DNA of 64,000 nt from the human T2T-CHM13v2.0 reference genome, Homo sapiens. A program made the translations under genes and the position numbers. Positions 13,081 to 27,497 of this stretch are shown here, piece by piece. The DNA lies in the NCBI RefSeq assembly GCF_009914755.1, contig NC_060930.1. The stretch is one strand, 5' to 3'. Below the pieces are notes generated by a model. That model was not told where the DNA came from. It saw only the letters and a program-made list of their open reading frames with translations, and searched no databases. The first letter of the stretch is position 1. Every line of letters starts with the position of its first letter.

Positions 13081-14820
13081 TATTAGAAGAAAAGACACAG
13101 TGCACTGAAGAGGGACTCACTGTAAGGAACGGATGGGCACATAACTGCATGGAACATCTCTCCCTGCAGCTCTAGTTCTCCTTGTAAGTCCCTTGCGTTG
13201 GTAGAATAATCCTCAGTTAGACAAACACTGATTTAATATGTAGCTCTGGCTAACAGGAGGTGATTAAGAAGAAAACCTCTTAAGATGATTTCCATCCTTT
13301 GTCTCTACTTTAGTGGTTTATCTTCATTTCCTGCCTCTTTCCTGTCCCTAGCTGTCTTTATGCTGCTTTAGTTGAAAAGCGTTAATGTGGTCATTAAGGA
13401 AAAATAAGTCAAATTTACATTTGACTTTTTATTTTTAAATATTTAATCAACAGAATCCTTGGTTTTACTCATTGCCGCCCCCCACCCCCCAACACACATC
13501 CCTTCCTCAACTCTAAAGTGAGCCTCATTCTTTCATATTTTCTTCCATCTAATTTAGAAATTCTATTTGGATTTTTAAAAATTATATTTATTTCTTTGTA
13601 GAAAATAGATATTTTCATCTTTAAAGTACCTTTATGGGTTTTTTCTTCTAAAATTGTTTTTTAAAGAAAAAAGTTTTATTTGGAATAAGATTCTTGTAGG
13701 TAATTCCATGAGATGATTTATTTTAGCAGCAACATAATATTTACATTATTATTAATGTAATTAATGTTATTAATACCTCATCAGATAGCTTCTTTGATCT
13801 GGAAGCTTCCAGGTACCTATTGTCAGTACTTGTGGCTCTACCACTTGCCGAATGTATTACAACTCTAGTTGTGGTAGAGAGGGGACTGAGAGGTAGACAA
13901 CTTATGTAATCTACTACCTAGTTTGTTAACAAAACACACATACAAAGCAATGTTTTTCAAATTTTTCTGACCACTGAGCAATAAAAATTATGACATATAT
14001 TTTGATGTGACCCAGTTCTGTCTCTCTTTCTCTACCCTCTAAGTGAAACAAAATTTATTGAAACCAAAATTCCCTTACTACATGTAATATTCTCATATAT
14101 TCTATTAAATTTCGTTATTTAGCTTGCTGATCAAAGGCTACTGAAACTTGAGAGCAAGATACAGGAGCAAGGGGAAATGTGGTATAGATTCTGAGTGTCA
14201 AGTGGCAGGTCCATTTTTTCCTCTAGCTCCAGTTCTGCCTTCTGAGGAAAACCTTCTCCAACAACTTAGGTCAATCACACCCATGTCCCTTCTCTGAATC
14301 CTTTTTGCACATATGATTGGTATCCGACAGCCTTACTCATTTACATTGCACTTATTTGGCTGCCAAACGTCACAAACTGGAACCATGTGTTACTGAAGGG
14401 AAAACCTGGAAGTGAAAAGGGTTCAGCAGTAGTGCAAATACCATCATAAAGCTCATATACTTCACTCTGCAGGAGGGAGAAGCTCTGTGGTTTTCCAACT
14501 GAGAGCATTACAGTACAGTGATACCACTGTACAGGAACTGATGTTCCTGATGATTCTGCTGTGAACAGTATTTTTAATATACACTTTGAAGAAGGCAGAG
14601 AGAAATGTATAATAGACTTAAATTTTTTTCTTTAAAATTGTTAAATAAAAACAAATAAGCACTTTAAGTAAGTTACAATTATCTGGAAAACTACTTAGGT
14701 GGAAAAACTGATACAGAATGAATGAAGTATTAATTTCTGTTTTGTTCTGTGTTATTATTATTTGGGATAGATGTCTTGTTTCTTTAAGCAGACTATGAAT
14801 ATCTTGAAGGCAGAACCACA

Positions 14821-15110
14821 TTTTTTTTTTTTTTTGAGACAGGGTCTCACTATTACTCAGGCCAGAATGCAGTGGTGTTATCATAGCTGACTGCAGCCTG
14901 GATTCCTGGGTTCAAGCCGTCCTCCTGCCCCAGCTTCCTGAGTAGCTAGGACTACAGGCATGTGCCATCACACCCAGCTAATTTCAGCTATTTTTTTTTT
15001 TTTTAAATAGAGATGGGGTTTTGCTATGTTGCCAGACTGGTCTCAAGCCATCCTCCTGCCTTGGCCACCCAAAGTGTTGGGATTACAGGTGTGAGCCACC
15101 ACGTCTGGCC
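14821..15110 (-). mobile_element. AluJ
   Basis: Antisense Alu consensus. Confidence 0.9.
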
Positions 15111-16327
15111 AAGGACCAGATTTTTAATATTCTTTTCCACAATGTATCTGGTACACAGTAGTTGCTTAATATGTTGGCTAAACAAAGAGTGGAGATTCAG
15201 TAAAGGGTGATCAGAGTGAGGTGAGATTAATTTGGGAAAGCCTAGAAGTGATTCTTGAGCCTGATTTGAAGGTGGTGCTAGCTGTGGATTAATAGAGGGA
15301 GAAGGGCATCTCAGAGAGAGGATTGCCAACATGCCTTAATTTTATCAGATTCTAGAGTTCCTTATGATTACCTCAGCATGTTGCTAGACTAGCATTATTA
15401 TCCAAAATTTTAATTATTAACCAACTTTAATCTTACTTTCTAACAAATTGTTTGCTTTTACTACTGATAGCCTTTTCAAAAAACTTTAACTAGTTTTATT
15501 CCTTACCATAATTGTTTCAAAGAACATAATGATATGATCCTTTATCTTCCTAAGAAATGTGCAATTATTTGGTTAAACTGTAAGATTATTTAATCCATTA
15601 TTCTTTTGACACATGCATGGCCTTACAGCTTACAAACTGGGATCACTAAAGGAATACACTTAATTTAAGTCTTTCTGTAGTCAGAATATGATTTCTTGTT
15701 GTCTTGCACAATACTGAGAACAGTGCAGTACAGGGCGAAGGTTGGTCTACAGCCCTTAGGCCAGCAAAAACAGGCACAACTGCACCTCTGTGCAAATGTT
15801 CCTGACATAACCTTGGGGAAAAAATATAAAATGCGGCCTTTTCTTTTACTACCTTGTTTGGTAAGTACCTGGAAAAACTCCATGAAATAATTAGATTTCA
15901 TAGTTAATTCTAACTTTTTTAAAAAATGTTTCATTGAGACTAGGTTTTTGGTTTGTTAATTGAATCACTGTTGATTTTACCCTTCCTGGCACCAACCTTT
16001 ATTTCTGAGCTGTGGAGAGCACAGTTCTTACTCAGTGCTGTGTGCGTCACCTGAAATCCACAGAAAGAGGTGGCTGAACAAAATCACTGATGACCTTAAT
16101 GGTTATTTTTCACATATTCAGATTAAATTAAAATACGTTTAGTGCTACATGCTTGACTTACTGAGTTTTTCCCTCTATTTTGGTTAATTTTTTTTTTTTT
16201 TGGTTAACTTTTACTTGTAGAAAATATGTTGATGAACAAAAACCCACTTATACTATAAGATTTTATTCTACCAAGCACACAGTAACAATATTGAAAGCTG
16301 CTTTCCATCTTTTTCATCTTTATACAG

Positions 16328-16781
16328 TTCCATCGAGCCTCTGTACCTTACCTATGGAATCATATTTGCCTGCGGCTGCTCCTTTGCATACCAGCCTTCA
16401 TTGGTCATTTTGGGACACTATTTCAAGAAGCGCCTTGGACTGGTGAATGGCATTGTCACTGCTGGCAGCAGTGTCTTCACAATCCTGCTGCCTTTGCTCT
16501 TAAGGGTTCTGATTGACAGCGTGGGCCTCTTTTACACATTGAGGGTGCTCTGCATCTTCATGTTTGTTCTCTTTCTGGCTGGCTTTACTTACCGACCTCT
16601 TGCTACCAGTACCAAAGATAAAGAGAGTGGAGGTAGCGGATCCTCCCTCTTTTCCAGGAAAAAGTTCAGTCCTCCAAAAAAAATTTTCAATTTTGCCATC
16701 TTCAAGGTGACAGCTTATGCAGTGTGGGCAGTTGGAATACCACTTGCACTTTTTGGATACTTTGTGCCTTATGTTCACTTG
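16328..16781 (+). CDS. SLC16A10: SLC16A10 coding exon 3, 454 nt
   Basis: Acceptor catctttatacag|T and donor TTG|gtgagt. Encodes SIEPLYLTYGIIFACGCSFAYQPSLVILGHYFKKRLGLVNGIVTAGSS...FGYFVPYVHL, containing the SLC16 motif YFxKRxxLxxG. Overlaps ORF 16401..16802 and is phase-compatible with exon 2. Confidence 0.98.
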
Positions 16782-17011
16782 GTGAGTATGCTCCTTCACT
16801 GATCATGAATATTACTATTTAATAAAGAAAAACTTCTTTGAAGAGAAAGTTAGGTCGAGTTAAAGTTGGCCTCAAACATTATCCTGGTTGTAATTTTGGT
16901 ATTCTTGAAATGAAAGGTCTCTCAAGACAATGTCAGCACATCCATTAGACCACTAAACAGAGAGAGTATGTTTCATAGTGTGCTTTGGTATTTTAAAAAC
17001 CCTGCAAACCC

Positions 17012-18241
17012 AGCCAGACACCATGGTGCCTGTCTATGGTCCCAGCTACTAAGCTGAGGCAGGAGGATCACTTGAGCCCAGGAGTTCGAATCCAGCCTAG
17101 ACAACATAGAGAGACTCTACCTCTAAAAATAAAATAAATGTCCCCAAACAAACACAATGTTTTTTAACAGGAAGGCTAAAATAGTGGAACAAATTACAAT
17201 CAGTATAAAACATTTGATAGGTCTCTTTTTCTTCATATGGCTTTTATCAGGGACAAAGCTAGCGCTATGATTTTGCTACCATAAGTAAATTGTTTTTCAA
17301 CCGAAGCGTGTAGGTAATTAGCAAAAAAGCCATGATGTTGATACAAAGAAACATTACATCTACTTGTGGTACACTTCTGGGAAAATGGGAATTCTATTCA
17401 GAGGAATATCTGAGAAAAGTTACTCAAGATCTAAATGAGGAAAGAGAACTATGGTTTTATAGGAAATTAGGATTTCAAGTGCTCAAGAAGTTTATATTGT
17501 TTATTTCTATTTCAAAGGCAAAATTCAGCTTTGTTATACTGAAATACGAATAATTAATGTCTAGACTGGGGTTGGTGCCTCACGCCTGTAATCCCACCAC
17601 TTTGGGGGGCTGATGCAGGAGTTCAAGACCAGCGTGGGCAACATAAGGAGACTTCATCCCTACCTGGGGAAGGAAAAAAAAAAAAGAAGGAAGAAGCAGT
17701 GTCTAAAGTATCTGCCCCTGGCAACGTTTGTTCAGAAGTGTTCATTATGTTTCTTCCTTTTTTCTTTTGTGGCTGAAAATGTATTTACAATTCACCGTAA
17801 ATGATAAAAATGGCATTGGCACACATATTTGTATGTTTGTGAACTTGGATTTTTTTCTAGCTTACAGTCTACTTTTGGAGATTTGTGCAATTTTTCTTTA
17901 GTTAAGAAATAAGTATAAATATAACCGATTTACGGACTATCAGGCTACATCCTGATCTGATAGTCCATTTTCATACTATTAGGAAAGTATAGCTGAACCA
18001 ACTTAAGGTAAGTTTCCTGGAATATAGATCTGTTGTGACAGGATTAACTTTACCATCCAACCTCTTTCATAGCTTCTGTAGTCAAGAGAACATTTATTGT
18101 GTCCTTTCTTAAAAAGATGAGTAGAAATTCTTTTTCTTTTTTTTCTTTTTTCCAGACAGGGTCTTGTTAAGTTGCTCAGGCTGGCTTCAAGCAACCCTCC
18201 TGCCTCAGCTAGGATTACAGGTGCAAGCCACCACACCCAGC
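17012..18241. mobile_element. Three Alu monomers (about 17012-17139 +, 17564-17690 +, 18130-18241 -)
   Basis: FLAM/FRAM-sized Alu fragments separated by unique sequence. Confidence 0.8.
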
Positions 18242-19350
18242 TTTAAAAAAAAAATTCTCTTTGGTACTACCACATGAACACACCTAGAGAAATCATAACT
18301 CAGCTTTGCTAATACTAGACATTTACCAAAGGAAAAGTGGTAGATGACTGTCTAGTTATTTTTGGTTATATATTTATAATTTGTAAATTAATTTCACATA
18401 TATTACTTCATTTGACTTTCACAATAAACCAGTAAAGCAGATAAAATAAATATTAGCTCCAATTTTACAGACTGAAAAACAGATCTATTGTTAATAGAGA
18501 CGTTAAGTGATTTTCCAAGAATTACATGTCAGTAAACAGCAGAGCAGGAGTTAGTTCTCTTCCACTGTGCTTACCTGGTAGCAAAATCAGTCTACAGTCT
18601 TAATAGCATATTGGGCCACTTCCCTGGATATATTACCAAATGTGTCCATCTTATTAGGGGAAAAATGAGTATGCCTAAGGAAATTTAATAAGCATGTTAT
18701 TTCTTCAGGTAAATAAAATTTCATAGTGGAAGGTGAGTTAGACAATGTTATAGATACTTTTGTGATCAGGAGATGGCAAATCAGATGGTGCACAGAACAA
18801 TAAAGTCTCTGTTAATTCTGTTAATAAACCATGCCTTTTTTCTGCTTTCCCTTCTTCCAGGCATGTTTTCTTACAAAATATGTTGACATTGTTCATTTGA
18901 GATTTTCTCTTTCTCATAACGGTGCCCGTTATCGCACCGAATGCAGCACGGTAGAGGAAAGATCAGATAGCTAAATGCCATACAGGTGTTTAAATCTCCT
19001 CTTTGGTTATGTACTGAGTTTGTCACTTTGTTGTAATTTAAGGTTTGAATTATGGATACTTAACCAGGAATGGGACACTAGTTTCCTCCTTATACAGGGA
19101 AAAGGTGTCTCATATCCTTCAAAAGACTAGTAAAGTAGATGATGTTCAATTCCTACTAAACCCTTTATTGACTGTTGAGGGGACACATATATGAGACGTA
19201 AAAATTTGCTCTGAAGGAGCATAAACCTAGTACATGTAATTAAAAATGGCTACAGTTTATAAAGCACTTTTACATACATTCTCTTATTTAATATTCACAA
19301 CAATGCAGTACCTGTGGTGTATCCTCTTTATTTCATGGAAGGGAAGACTA

Positions 19351-20395
<1,045 letters not shown>

Positions 20396-21055
20396 TTACT
20401 AGTTGCATAACCTTGGGCATCCTCTGTAAGCATCAGTTTCCTCATCTATGGAGATAAACCCAATTTTGCAGAGTTGTGAGGATTAGATAAAATGTATGTG
20501 AAACATCTACCTCAGTTCTGGCATAAAAATGGGAGTTATTTTAATGTAAGGCAATGTGATTGCCAACTTGAGATAGAAGTAAATTTTGAAAGGAGAAAGA
20601 TAATACCCATTTGGAAAAGTGGTTTTAAAAAGTTTCATAGCATTGGAGTTGGGCCTTGAGCATGAGATTTTGTGTACAAATCTGATCTTTGATCAACTAG
20701 GGAACTAACTTACCAGTTTAGGTCTTTGAAGATTCAGAAATACAATGGAGTGCTCTCATTGCTATGTTAAAAATTCTAAGATCTTATTAGATTGTACATG
20801 ATGATTTGAGAGAGAATATGTATGCTTGCTTTCAAAGTGAGGTTGGAGGTTTGATCTTCTCGTAGTTGACGTTTCAAAAAGAAGAATTAGATTGCCTCCT
20901 CGAAGCTAAATTTACCTTTCTTTTAGGCCTTCCCACTTAAAATCTTTTTTAGAAGGATACAAATCTTATAGATCAATTTAGATGAGGCCTAACTTTCTAA
21001 AAACGATTCCTAGTAGCAGCTGCATCAGTTTTTATGAATTGCCCCTTTTGCCTGA

Positions 21056-21416
<361 letters not shown>

Positions 21417-21464
21417 TCTGGGTTTCTTTTTTTTTTTTTTTTTTTTTTTTTCTTTTTAACGGCT

Positions 21465-22620
21465 CCTCTGACTCCTCTCATTTAGCTTTCAGGAGCATAA
21501 ACTCTCTTGGTTTTCTGCCTACCTCCACATCACTCCTCCTTAGTTTCTTTGCTCACTTCTTCTTTTTCCCACTGACCCCTGAATATCAGCATGTCCTAGG
21601 GCTTGTCCCCTGATCTTTTTCTCCATGTATTCTACTGGTGGTTTCATCCAGTCTCCTAAGTTCATACATCACGTATATGTCAATGACTTCAAATTTATAA
21701 TTCTGGTCCAGACCTTTTCCCTGAATCCTCCACCAGAGCTGTATATCCAGCTGCTTACTTAACATCTCCACTTGGGTAACTGCTAGGTGTTTCAGACTTA
21801 CCCTGTCTAACCCTGAGGTCTTGATCTTACCCCTTAAAACTTACTCTGCCCCCAGCCATCCTCATCTCAGGAGCTGGCAATTCCGCCCTTTCAGTTGATC
21901 AGACTCAAAACTTTGGAGTCATCCTTGGCTCTTCTTTCTTGCACACCATAGTCCTGATCCAGTGAAGAAATCCTGGTGGCTTTTCTTTCAAAATATATCC
22001 AGGATCTGACCACCTCTCACCATCCTCACTACTCATACCTTAGCCCAGGCTACCACGTACCCCTAGCCTGGATCACTGCCAGAGCCTCCTAACTGGTCTC
22101 TCTGTTCCTTCTCTGCCCCGCGGAGTTTGTTCTCTATGAAGAAGCCACAGGCATTCTTTCTAAACATAAGTCACTCTGCTCAGAATCCTTCAATGGCTTC
22201 CCATTTCCCTAAGAGTAAAAACCAATATCCTTACAGTGACCTACAAGGTCCTTCACAATCTGGCCCCCACTACCTCTCCGAGCTTCCATCGCTGTCCCTT
22301 GCCCACTCTGCTTCTGCCATTCGCCTTTTAATGGGGCTCACTCTGACTACCTGCTTGAAACTTCCTGCGTCCCTTTTCCCCTGAGTATTCACAAACCGCT
22401 CCTAGTACTCCTTTTCTTTTTTTGTAGCACTTAATACTTTCTAACATTATCTATTTTACTTCTTTATTGTAGTCATTGCTTACTATCCGTATATTTACAC
22501 GTCTGCTAGAATGTAAACACCACAAGGGTAAGGATCTATTTCATTCAGTGGTAGATCCCAAGCATCTAGCGCAGTGCCTAGCACACACTGGGTGCTCAAA
22601 TATTTGTTGAATGACTAAAT
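21465..22620 (+). mobile_element. L2 (L2a-like) 3' portion
   Basis: CT-rich L2 body ending gcatctagcgcagtgcctagcacacactgggtgctcaaatatttgttgaatga, the L2 3' terminus. Confidence 0.85.
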
Positions 22621-23073
22621 ATATTCTGGGTGAGTCTGAAGTGACACTGTATAAGTAATGTTCATTTTTTCATCATTTGGATCTTTAAAATTCTCTACTT
22701 TGATGCTATAATGATTTTTCACATTCTGTACTTGTAGGACATGGTGTTATTAATATTTATTCAATACTTATTCAACAAATAAGCTCAAACTAAGGACACC
22801 TCGGAATAATTGAGTAACCAGTAATGCTGTCCGTTGATGGAGGAGAGAGTTGGTGTGTTTTGCTCTGATTCACTTATGCCTTTGCTGAAATTTTAAGATA
22901 AATAGAAGAAATTTCTGGTCCCTCAAGTAACTGTGTCTTCAGTACCCACTGAAAAATCTCAAAGAGTCTGGAGTGGTGTGTTTAAGAATAGGATGCAGGA
23001 TGCAGAACCATAACCAGGCCTCAGGTCTGCATAGCTTTGGTCGAGCATTGAGCATAGGGCCTCGTGAGATAAC

Positions 23074-23128
23074 TGATAAATGCCAAATATGACAATGATA
23101 AATGCCAAATATGACAATGATAAATGCC
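23074..23128. repeat. 22-bp tandem repeat TGATAAATGCCAAATATGACAA x2.5
   Basis: Two exact copies plus a half copy. Confidence 0.95.
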
Positions 23129-23574
23129 GAAGAATGACAGTGACAATGATAATGAAGTTACCAAAAATGATGGTAACTTTTCTCATTGGCATGAAATGCT
23201 CTATCTCCAATCTGAAGCTGATGATGTAGTTTCAGTTACTCTCATCTCTCTCCCCTGCTACTCAGATTGAAAATCAGCTACTTAGTACCTGTGTTCTTTG
23301 ACTCTAGACCATATCATTGGGTCAAATTTCAGTTTTTAAATTTTAGATCCACATGGTTCTCTGTCAAGAAGATGACTGACTCATATTGAAATCTGTAAAA
23401 TATGTATTCATTAGTCTGTTTTTTAAAAACTCCCTTATAAGTGGGTTGACTTTGTGGCAGATAGTAATTGACTGTTCTCAAAAGAAACTTTGACCTGGTA
23501 GGAAGATCCCATTTACCTGATGCTATGGTTCAAGACAGACAGATCATTTGCTTGCTAGCAGGGCAATTAGGTGA

Positions 23575-23897
<323 letters not shown>

Positions 23898-25022
23898 CAT
23901 GAATTGTATTTTTAAACCAGAAATGAAAATTTGAGACTAATAAGTCAGTACAGGGAGCATGTAAACCTCGAAAGGTATTTTTTAGCTTTGAGTAGTGCCA
24001 GATGCTGCCAAGGGTCAATCAACACTGGAATGTAGCTATTAGACCTTGCTAGGCAGAGCACCTCCATTTACACTGTGGTCAGAGCAGCAGTACTGCTCCA
24101 AGCCAGAGCTAAGGGCGCTGAGCCACGCAAATAGGAACAGCATACAAGCCTTCATCTCTCTGTGGCTTCCTCAGAGGGAGATTCATGTAACATTTGCCAA
24201 GAATTGATTATGTGTCAAGCACTTCCCCAAAATCTCACAGAACCACCACAAGGATGAGTGTAATAAATAACACATACTTAGAGCCAAGGAAACAATTCTG
24301 CAAAGCTGTGCTTGTTCAAAGCCATTCGCATTATGCTTAAAGCTGGGATTTGAACACAGGTTTCAGACAAATATGTCTGAAATATACTCTTTTTATGAAG
24401 GAGTCTGCATTCCTTCATTGCTAATCCAGAGATAGGAGTGCTGCTATTTTCAGCCATACTGGGCCTACACCAAAGATTGCTTTGCACGTTTCCCTTCTGT
24501 TCTCTCAGAACGAAGAACAGAGGCCATGTTGAGCTGTTCCAGCACTCAGAGCATGCTTCACAGCCAGGGAGAAAACTCTGGAGGAAACCAGCTTTTGTTT
24601 TGATATAATTAATGGGAATGAGAAAATATCTATACCCTTATTTTCAGCCCCAACTTCTCTTTTGATCTCAAGTACATTGTGAATATGAGAAAACTGAGGC
24701 CATGCAGTTACTTTTCACAACCTGTGACAAGCAGAACATGGACCATACATAGCTTTGTGTTCAATTTTGCTTTCTACAGTAAACATTAAGCATAACAGAA
24801 GAACAAAAATGGACATGTACAAATTTATAGCAAGATCTATCCTTTATTTGATTAACATAAATACTATTGCAGGAAAATGGAAAAAGGTAAACTGCTTGAA
24901 ATTTAGTCACATATAAACGCTCCGAGGCCACTGGTGGATCATTAGTCTCCTGAGAGAGCTCTAAAGAATTAGTGTGTTGGAAAACTGTTCCCTCCTGTTA
25001 ATGTGTAAATTTCACCAGTGGG

Positions 25023-25320
25023 TTTTTTTTTTTTTAAGACAGGGTCTCACTCTCTTGTCCAGGCTGGTATGCAGGGGTGCAATCACACCTCACTGTAGCT
25101 TCGACCTCCCGGACTCAAGCAATCCTCCCACCTCAGCCTCCCAAGTAGCTAGGACCACAGGTGCACACCACCACACATGGCTAATTTTTAATTTTTTGTA
25201 GAGATGGGGTTCTCACCACATTGCCCAGGCTGGTCTCAAACTTCTGTGCTCAAACAATCCTCCTGCCTTGGCTCCCTGCCAAAGCACTGGGATTACAGGT
25301 GCAAGCCACTACATCTGGCC
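25023..25320 (-). mobile_element. AluJ
   Basis: Antisense Alu consensus. Confidence 0.9.
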
Positions 25321-27360
25321 TTCACTAGGTTTTTCATTTTGTTTTGCATGTGTCTCAGGTTTTATTTGATAAAATGCAGTATACTTTGAATCATCTCAAA
25401 TTTCATTTCTAATATGGACATTGGCATGTCTCAAATCCTTGGACTAATAATCAAATTAAAGTTTGTTCAAGTTTGAGGAACCTAAATTAGCCAATTAGAT
25501 AAGGGTCCTTTCATGTTTTTATATCAACTAGAAAATAAATTGTTTTGATATGGGATGAATAGAAATAGAAATCTTAATTTGAAGAATCTTCCCCTTGTGA
25601 GGCTATACTAAATGGCTTTTGCCTGATATTTACAAGGTGGCTTTGGGTTGTGGAGAGAGTTGTCTGATCCATTGAGAGTACATTTCTTACCTTCAACATC
25701 TAGGGCATCCTTTGGGAGAAGCCCTTGTAGTCACTAACTCTAAGGATCATAGAGCATAAGGGTAAGCAGGCCTTCTTATGTATTCATGCTATCAGGAAGG
25801 GTCTTTAGCACCCAAACAAAGTTCTAGGGGCTGTACATTGCTGATGTGTTAACCCTCAGCTGCCCATGTAGCATCTATTTACCCCTATGCTTTCCCCACT
25901 TTCTATCCCTATCATTATATCTCTGGCTCTTTTGCCCCTCTCTCCTTGGGCAGCTTACTTGTAATTAGAAAGTTTATATTCCCTCATAACATATTGTAAA
26001 AGTGCTCATTTAAAGGGCAATGCGCACCAAATTGGAGGTGTATAATTGCAAACATGGAATCCCTATATCTCTGTTATGCAATCCCTGTATCTCTGTATCC
26101 ATGTTAAATTGAACTGATGCTTTTTTGAAGTAAAATGGTAAGAACAGTGGCAACATCTAGTCTTCAGAGCATAGTTTAAGATTTTTGCCCAATCCTCCAA
26201 CCCATGCAATGGTGTGCTTTGAAAACCACAGGTTTCTTTTAGACAAATACAACATTTATTTCCCGCATTTCTTTTTGATTTAACATTTTAGTTAACATTT
26301 TTATTAACATTTTAGTCTACAAGATGCTTCCACATTATCTCTCATTGGAGTCTCAGGACCACTGTGTGAAATGGGCAATATCAGGGCTTCTATCTAGCAA
26401 GAAAAGAACCAGATTTGGGGTGGCGAAACAACTTGCTCAGGGTTGCAAGGATGGTACATGGTGCAGCCAGGGCTTGAGCTTGGGTCTTCTTAAAAGTGTG
26501 GCTTTTAAATAAAATACTTAAGTGCCTGCCAAAAAAGTATAACATTAACTTAGGACCTGAAAGGCATTGTACAGATCAGGTAGTTGCACTCCTCCCCCTG
26601 CCCTACAAAAAAAGAAAGGTAAAGGAACGAAGGCATGGAATAGTTAAGTTGCTTGCCAAAAGCCACAGTTATAAAAGTAGCAGAACTGGGTGTAATACCC
26701 AAGAACATCCATGGAAAATAAATGGAAGCTTATTACAGCCCAGCCTGTAAATATGTACATAGAAACAGAATGTGTATGTAGAAACAAAATTATTAGAGGA
26801 GTGAAATTAGTTTCTGTCCTAACCCTGGTCAACTCATAGGGTTCATTTCCCAATCAGGAGGTTGCTTTGCCATTTTGACATGATCCATTTTCTCAGAGTT
26901 GCCAAGAGCAATTGCAACTGGCTTTGTTGTCTTTCTTTCATGGATCTATTTGGAGCTCAGGGACAAGGTTGTTATGCGGCAGATTGTCCCTGACAATGCA
27001 AGGCTCACAGTAGTATCCTTATAAACCAAAGTTCACTGTACACTGGGCCAGGAATGGGCTGCTGAAGGTGACCTCTCCTTCATGTTGGTTGGTTTATCTT
27101 TGTTGGTTGGTTGTGTTTATCTCTGTTCACTATAAGGTTCTGACAGAAGCAAAGTCTTGGTCCCCGTTACATGTCCCCAGCCTGGTGGATGATGGTTACA
27201 GAGTGCTGGAAACTTTTTTATTTATTTAAAATGGAGTTACGTAACTGAAGAGTTGCCCTATCTCAGTCAGCACTGCAACCAATTAAAATAGAAAGGCTTA
27301 AAATATTAATTTTGTTTTTAGCCTAGAGTCTTAAATACTAGGGTTTAAAAGTTTCATTTA

Positions 27361-27497
27361 CTTTCTCTCTCCCTCTCTCCCTCTCTCCCTCTCTCCCTCC
27401 CTTCCTTCTTTCTTCCCTCCCTCCCTTCTTTCCTTTTTCCTTTTTCTTAACTATGCAGAATGCTTTGCTACTTTGCAGAATGCTTTGCTACTTTGCA
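27361..27497. repeat. CT-rich low-complexity tract followed by the 20-bp duplication TGCAGAATGCTTTGCTACTT x2
   Basis: Seen directly (27454-27473 = 27474-27493). Confidence 0.9.

Noticed and set aside
27189-27248. Possible C/D snoRNA (ATGATGG...CTGA)
   Set aside because: The C box is mismatched, there is no terminal stem, the interior is low-complexity AT, and it is far from a 3' splice site.
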